From Macrostomum lignano (taxonomy: Eukaryota), in assembly GCA_002269645.1 (NCBI GenBank), contig NIVC01000586.1, positions 62,001 to 126,000 of the forward strand: DNA of 64,000 nt. Reading direction: 5' to 3'. The notes below the pieces were generated by a model. That model was not told the DNA's origin, made no database searches, and saw nothing but the letters and a program-made list of their open reading frames with translations. How positions within the stretch are numbered: the stretch's first letter is position 1; every line of letters starts with the position of its first letter. The translations under genes were made by a program, and so were the position numbers. Below, piece after piece: positions 61,040 through 64,000 of the stretch.

Positions 61040-63330
61040 ATTAAAGAACTCAGACTTCGTAGTCTACGTGGAGAGGCTGCATGGGCCGGGAAGTACGTAC
61101 TTTTTTAAGTGCTAAGATTACGGAGAAGACCACCAAGGCGCATTGGCCACATTCAGCACCGCCATAGGACAGGGAGCTGCCTGCATACATGTAGAACTAA
61201 GAAACCTTTGTCAGCCAGAAAGGGTGACTGACAAGTCCCCCAGGTGACGACCTCCAGGAAAATGTTGCAGGATCACTATAAGTCCCTAATCCAAAATTGC
61301 CGCTCGGTTCAAGTTCTAGCAAGAGGTATAGCTGCATGCCGGGAGAAGACTTCGCTGCTTTCCTGGCCGGGCTCAAAGTAGCTACTATGCACCGCAACTT
61401 CGAAAATCCTCTGCAGGGGAGAGACTGTGTGATCAGAATGTTTAGTAGCTATGCCTTTTGCTCGAAGCTGCTCAAATTCTCAAAGCTGACGTACGCGCTG
61501 TTGGTCACAGCGGTGTTAGCGATGGAGGTGGCACCGCGCGCGCTACGTACGCTAGTGAAATTGCTAGCGCCAGGAACTTCAGAGACGGTCGGCAATACTG
61601 CATAAACGAACGCAGCAACCAATCCGCAGCTCTGCCTCGCTGCACGCGCCTCAGCAGCAACCTTGCGCTGGATGTGGCGGCGTCAGAATCGACAAAGCTG
61701 CAAATTACGTGATGCCAAGTGTCATATGCCTGCTGAAAGATGGGTCACAGCCAGAAAATTGCAGGTCAGCCAGGGTCAAGAAGCTAGAGTCCACTGCACG
61801 GGTAGCTTCCCGTTCGAGCTAGATACCTGGTCAGCCGTCACATTGGTTCTAAAGAGTATAGCGGACGAGAGGCTTCCAGCTTCAGGACTACGCCTACAGC
61901 CCACCAAAATTGTGCACCACACGCAAGCAGCAGGGCAAAGCCAAGGTCTCTGTGCGTAATAATAACCAGAATGAAATTCTTCCTTTGCTCGTACATTGGT
62001 CTTTCAGGTCAATTTCGCCCTCTTTGGACGAGACTGGAGGGCTCGACTAAGGCTGGACAAAGTGGCTCATGTCAACTTGGTCAGCTCCAGCTCCGCAACC
62101 TACCACGATGCAGCAGTTCTCTGACATCTTTGCCGACGGACTGAAGAGCTATCGCCACGGCGAAGTCAAGCTGTAGGTGGACGAGCAGGACACGCCACGA
62201 TTCTTCAAATCCAGATCAGTGCCGTACGCGCGGAGGGAGCGTGAGGACGAGGAGCTGAGAAGACTCGAAGCCGGGGCCATCATCCCGCCGATAAAGCATT
62301 CAAACTGGGCTGCTCCAATCGTCCCGGTTTTGAGATTCGCATCTGCATCAACTATAAGGCGACCAGAACGTCGCCAGAGCACTATTTGAGACAACTTCAC
62401 CAGGCTTGGCAGAGGAGCAGATGAACAAATATTCTTGTCACGGGCAAGACTAGAATTTGACTAGAGTGCTGTAGGGTCTTCAGGACGCTGGCTGGCCTTC
62501 GACTAAACAGGGCCAAGTACCTGTTCTTCCAAGACTTTGTGAAGTATCTCGGTCATCGAAGCAACGCACAGACCCTGCCTGACGAGATCACAGCTGTGCA
62601 GAACGCGCCTGTTCCTAAAAGACAAAGCCAGCCGCGGGCCTACCTGCAGGGCATGCTGACCATTACTCGAATTTCACGCCGCACCTGTCAACCGTGGACC
62701 GATGAACCAGCTGCTGACGAAGAGCCCAGCACTACAACCCAGAGATGCCACTGTACTCGGAGATTGATCTTGGCACCCAAGATCAAGCCATCGCCTTCGC
62801 AAGCCGCAGCCTGACGCCGGCACAGCGTAACTACTCTCAGCCGGACAAAGAGGCTCTGGCCATTATGTTCGGCTTGTCATCGTCACTGACCACCAGCCAC
62901 TCCTCGGTCTGCTGCGAGAGCGCAAGGCCATCCCGGGACATGCTGCATCCCGCAGTGCAACGCAGTGCAGCGCTGTGCCATTCGGCTTTTCAAGTACGAC
63001 TACAGCCTGGAGCTCAAACCGACGGCGAGGCACGGCAGCTGTGACTCGCTCTCTCGCCTTCCCCTCAGTGATCAGTTCATCAAAAAGTCAGCCGTGAACT
63101 CCCTGCTCATCGACGAAGAGGTCGGGCTCAGCTCCGACTGTCAAAATCATCGCACAGAAGACGCGGACTGATGTGCATCTCGATCGGCAGGGTGCTGCTG
63201 TGTCTGCAGTCTGGCTCCCGAATCCCAGTTTTGACTCTTCGACAGCACGAGCTCTCAATTGAGTAGGGCTGCTTTCTGTTGGGATCCTGGGTCATTGAGG
63301 GTCGCCTAAGTAGCTCGTATTTGGTGTACT
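61040..63330 (+). mobile_element. Decayed Gypsy-type (K02A2.6/Mag-like) LTR retrotransposon, gag-pol remnants
   Basis: Fragments in order: gag (YVERL; PGEDFAAFLAGL), protease (FELDTWSAVT), RT (SRSVPYA..EELRRLE..IIPPIKHSNWAAPIVPV; VKYLGH) and RNase H (AIAFASRSLTPAQRNYSQPDKEALAIMFG; YDYSLELKP..HG..DSLSRLP). Many stops and frameshifts, and much of RT is deleted. No LTR pair is visible. Confidence 0.85.
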
Positions 63331-64000
63331 GGAGTATGAGGTGCAGAAAAAGCTTTTAGTTTATTAGCCTCCGACGCAACTGCCTCGACTGCAGTGCTGC
63401 AGGTTTTCAGTTTCCTTTCTGTTGGAAAACGTTACTCTTATTCTAAATGAATATATGGTCCCAACCGGATGCAAACTCATGGGCCGACCAAAAACCTCCA
63501 CAACCCAACCCATGCATGAATGTCACAAGCAGCTGAAGTTGAAGTTCGCTCCTGGGGCAAATGCGACGGCTCCGGGATGTACCAGTGGTACGTCGGAAAT
63601 ATTCTTTTGTGCCGGTAATTACCACTACGCGTCTTCGCGCGGACTCTATCTAAGCTTCAAATTGTATGCTAGTCCTGCAAAATGTAGCCAGGTAGCTGGT
63701 AGCAAGAATCACAGCGCGAGGAGGCTGTTGGTGAGTTTAACAAAAGAATTGCAGCAACAGAGGGAAATGTGGAAAAAAGAGTAAATTTTGGTTGTATTAT
63801 TCAGCGTCACATCCCCACCGTCCTGAAGTCAAGGAAGCCCTCCAGGCGCAGATTTGCGATCTTTTATGAAAAAACGATTCTGCTTCACGGTAAAATATCG
63901 AATTTGACAAAGCAAGGCAGTTTTGTTAACGCCGGTCTCTTTCCTTCCCTTTCTCCTCATGGACTTCAGCAAGAACCAGAGGGCCGAATGGACTCGAGAC

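Noticed and set aside
63422-64000. 120-aa ORF and a possible ATG at about 63958 near the window end
   Set aside because: No recognisable motifs, non-ATG start for the ORF, and too little sequence to evaluate.

Overview
Eukaryotic (metazoan) genomic DNA with GT-AG introns, GC-rich exons and introns filled with minisatellites. The style suggests a free-living flatworm such as Macrostomum, which is an inference and not a database result. From left to right: (1) a decayed innate-immunity neighbourhood, consisting of a minus-strand 14x-ankyrin plus Mab-21/cGAS-like receptor (cGLR) locus with several lesions, an intact intronless TMEM272-like 4-TM gene and a fibrinogen-domain (FReD) pseudogene; (2) a complete 17-exon P5B-ATPase gene (ATP13A2/3-like, + strand, 1282 aa by my exon model); (3) a convergent complete 9-exon GEMIN5 gene (- strand, 1337 aa); (4) the last exon of an unknown single-pass membrane protein and a truncated CORE-like SINE; (5) a full-length 9281-bp CMC/EnSpm-type DNA transposon with 13-bp TIRs, a TTT target duplication, an intact DDE transposase exon and a DUF4806-like second gene; (6) a decayed Gypsy-type LTR retrotransposon. 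Almost every intron of the two housekeeping genes carries its own tandem repeat family, and most long low-complexity ORFs in the ORF track are artefacts of these arrays. All gene models were built by hand from splice signals, phase and motif recognition.
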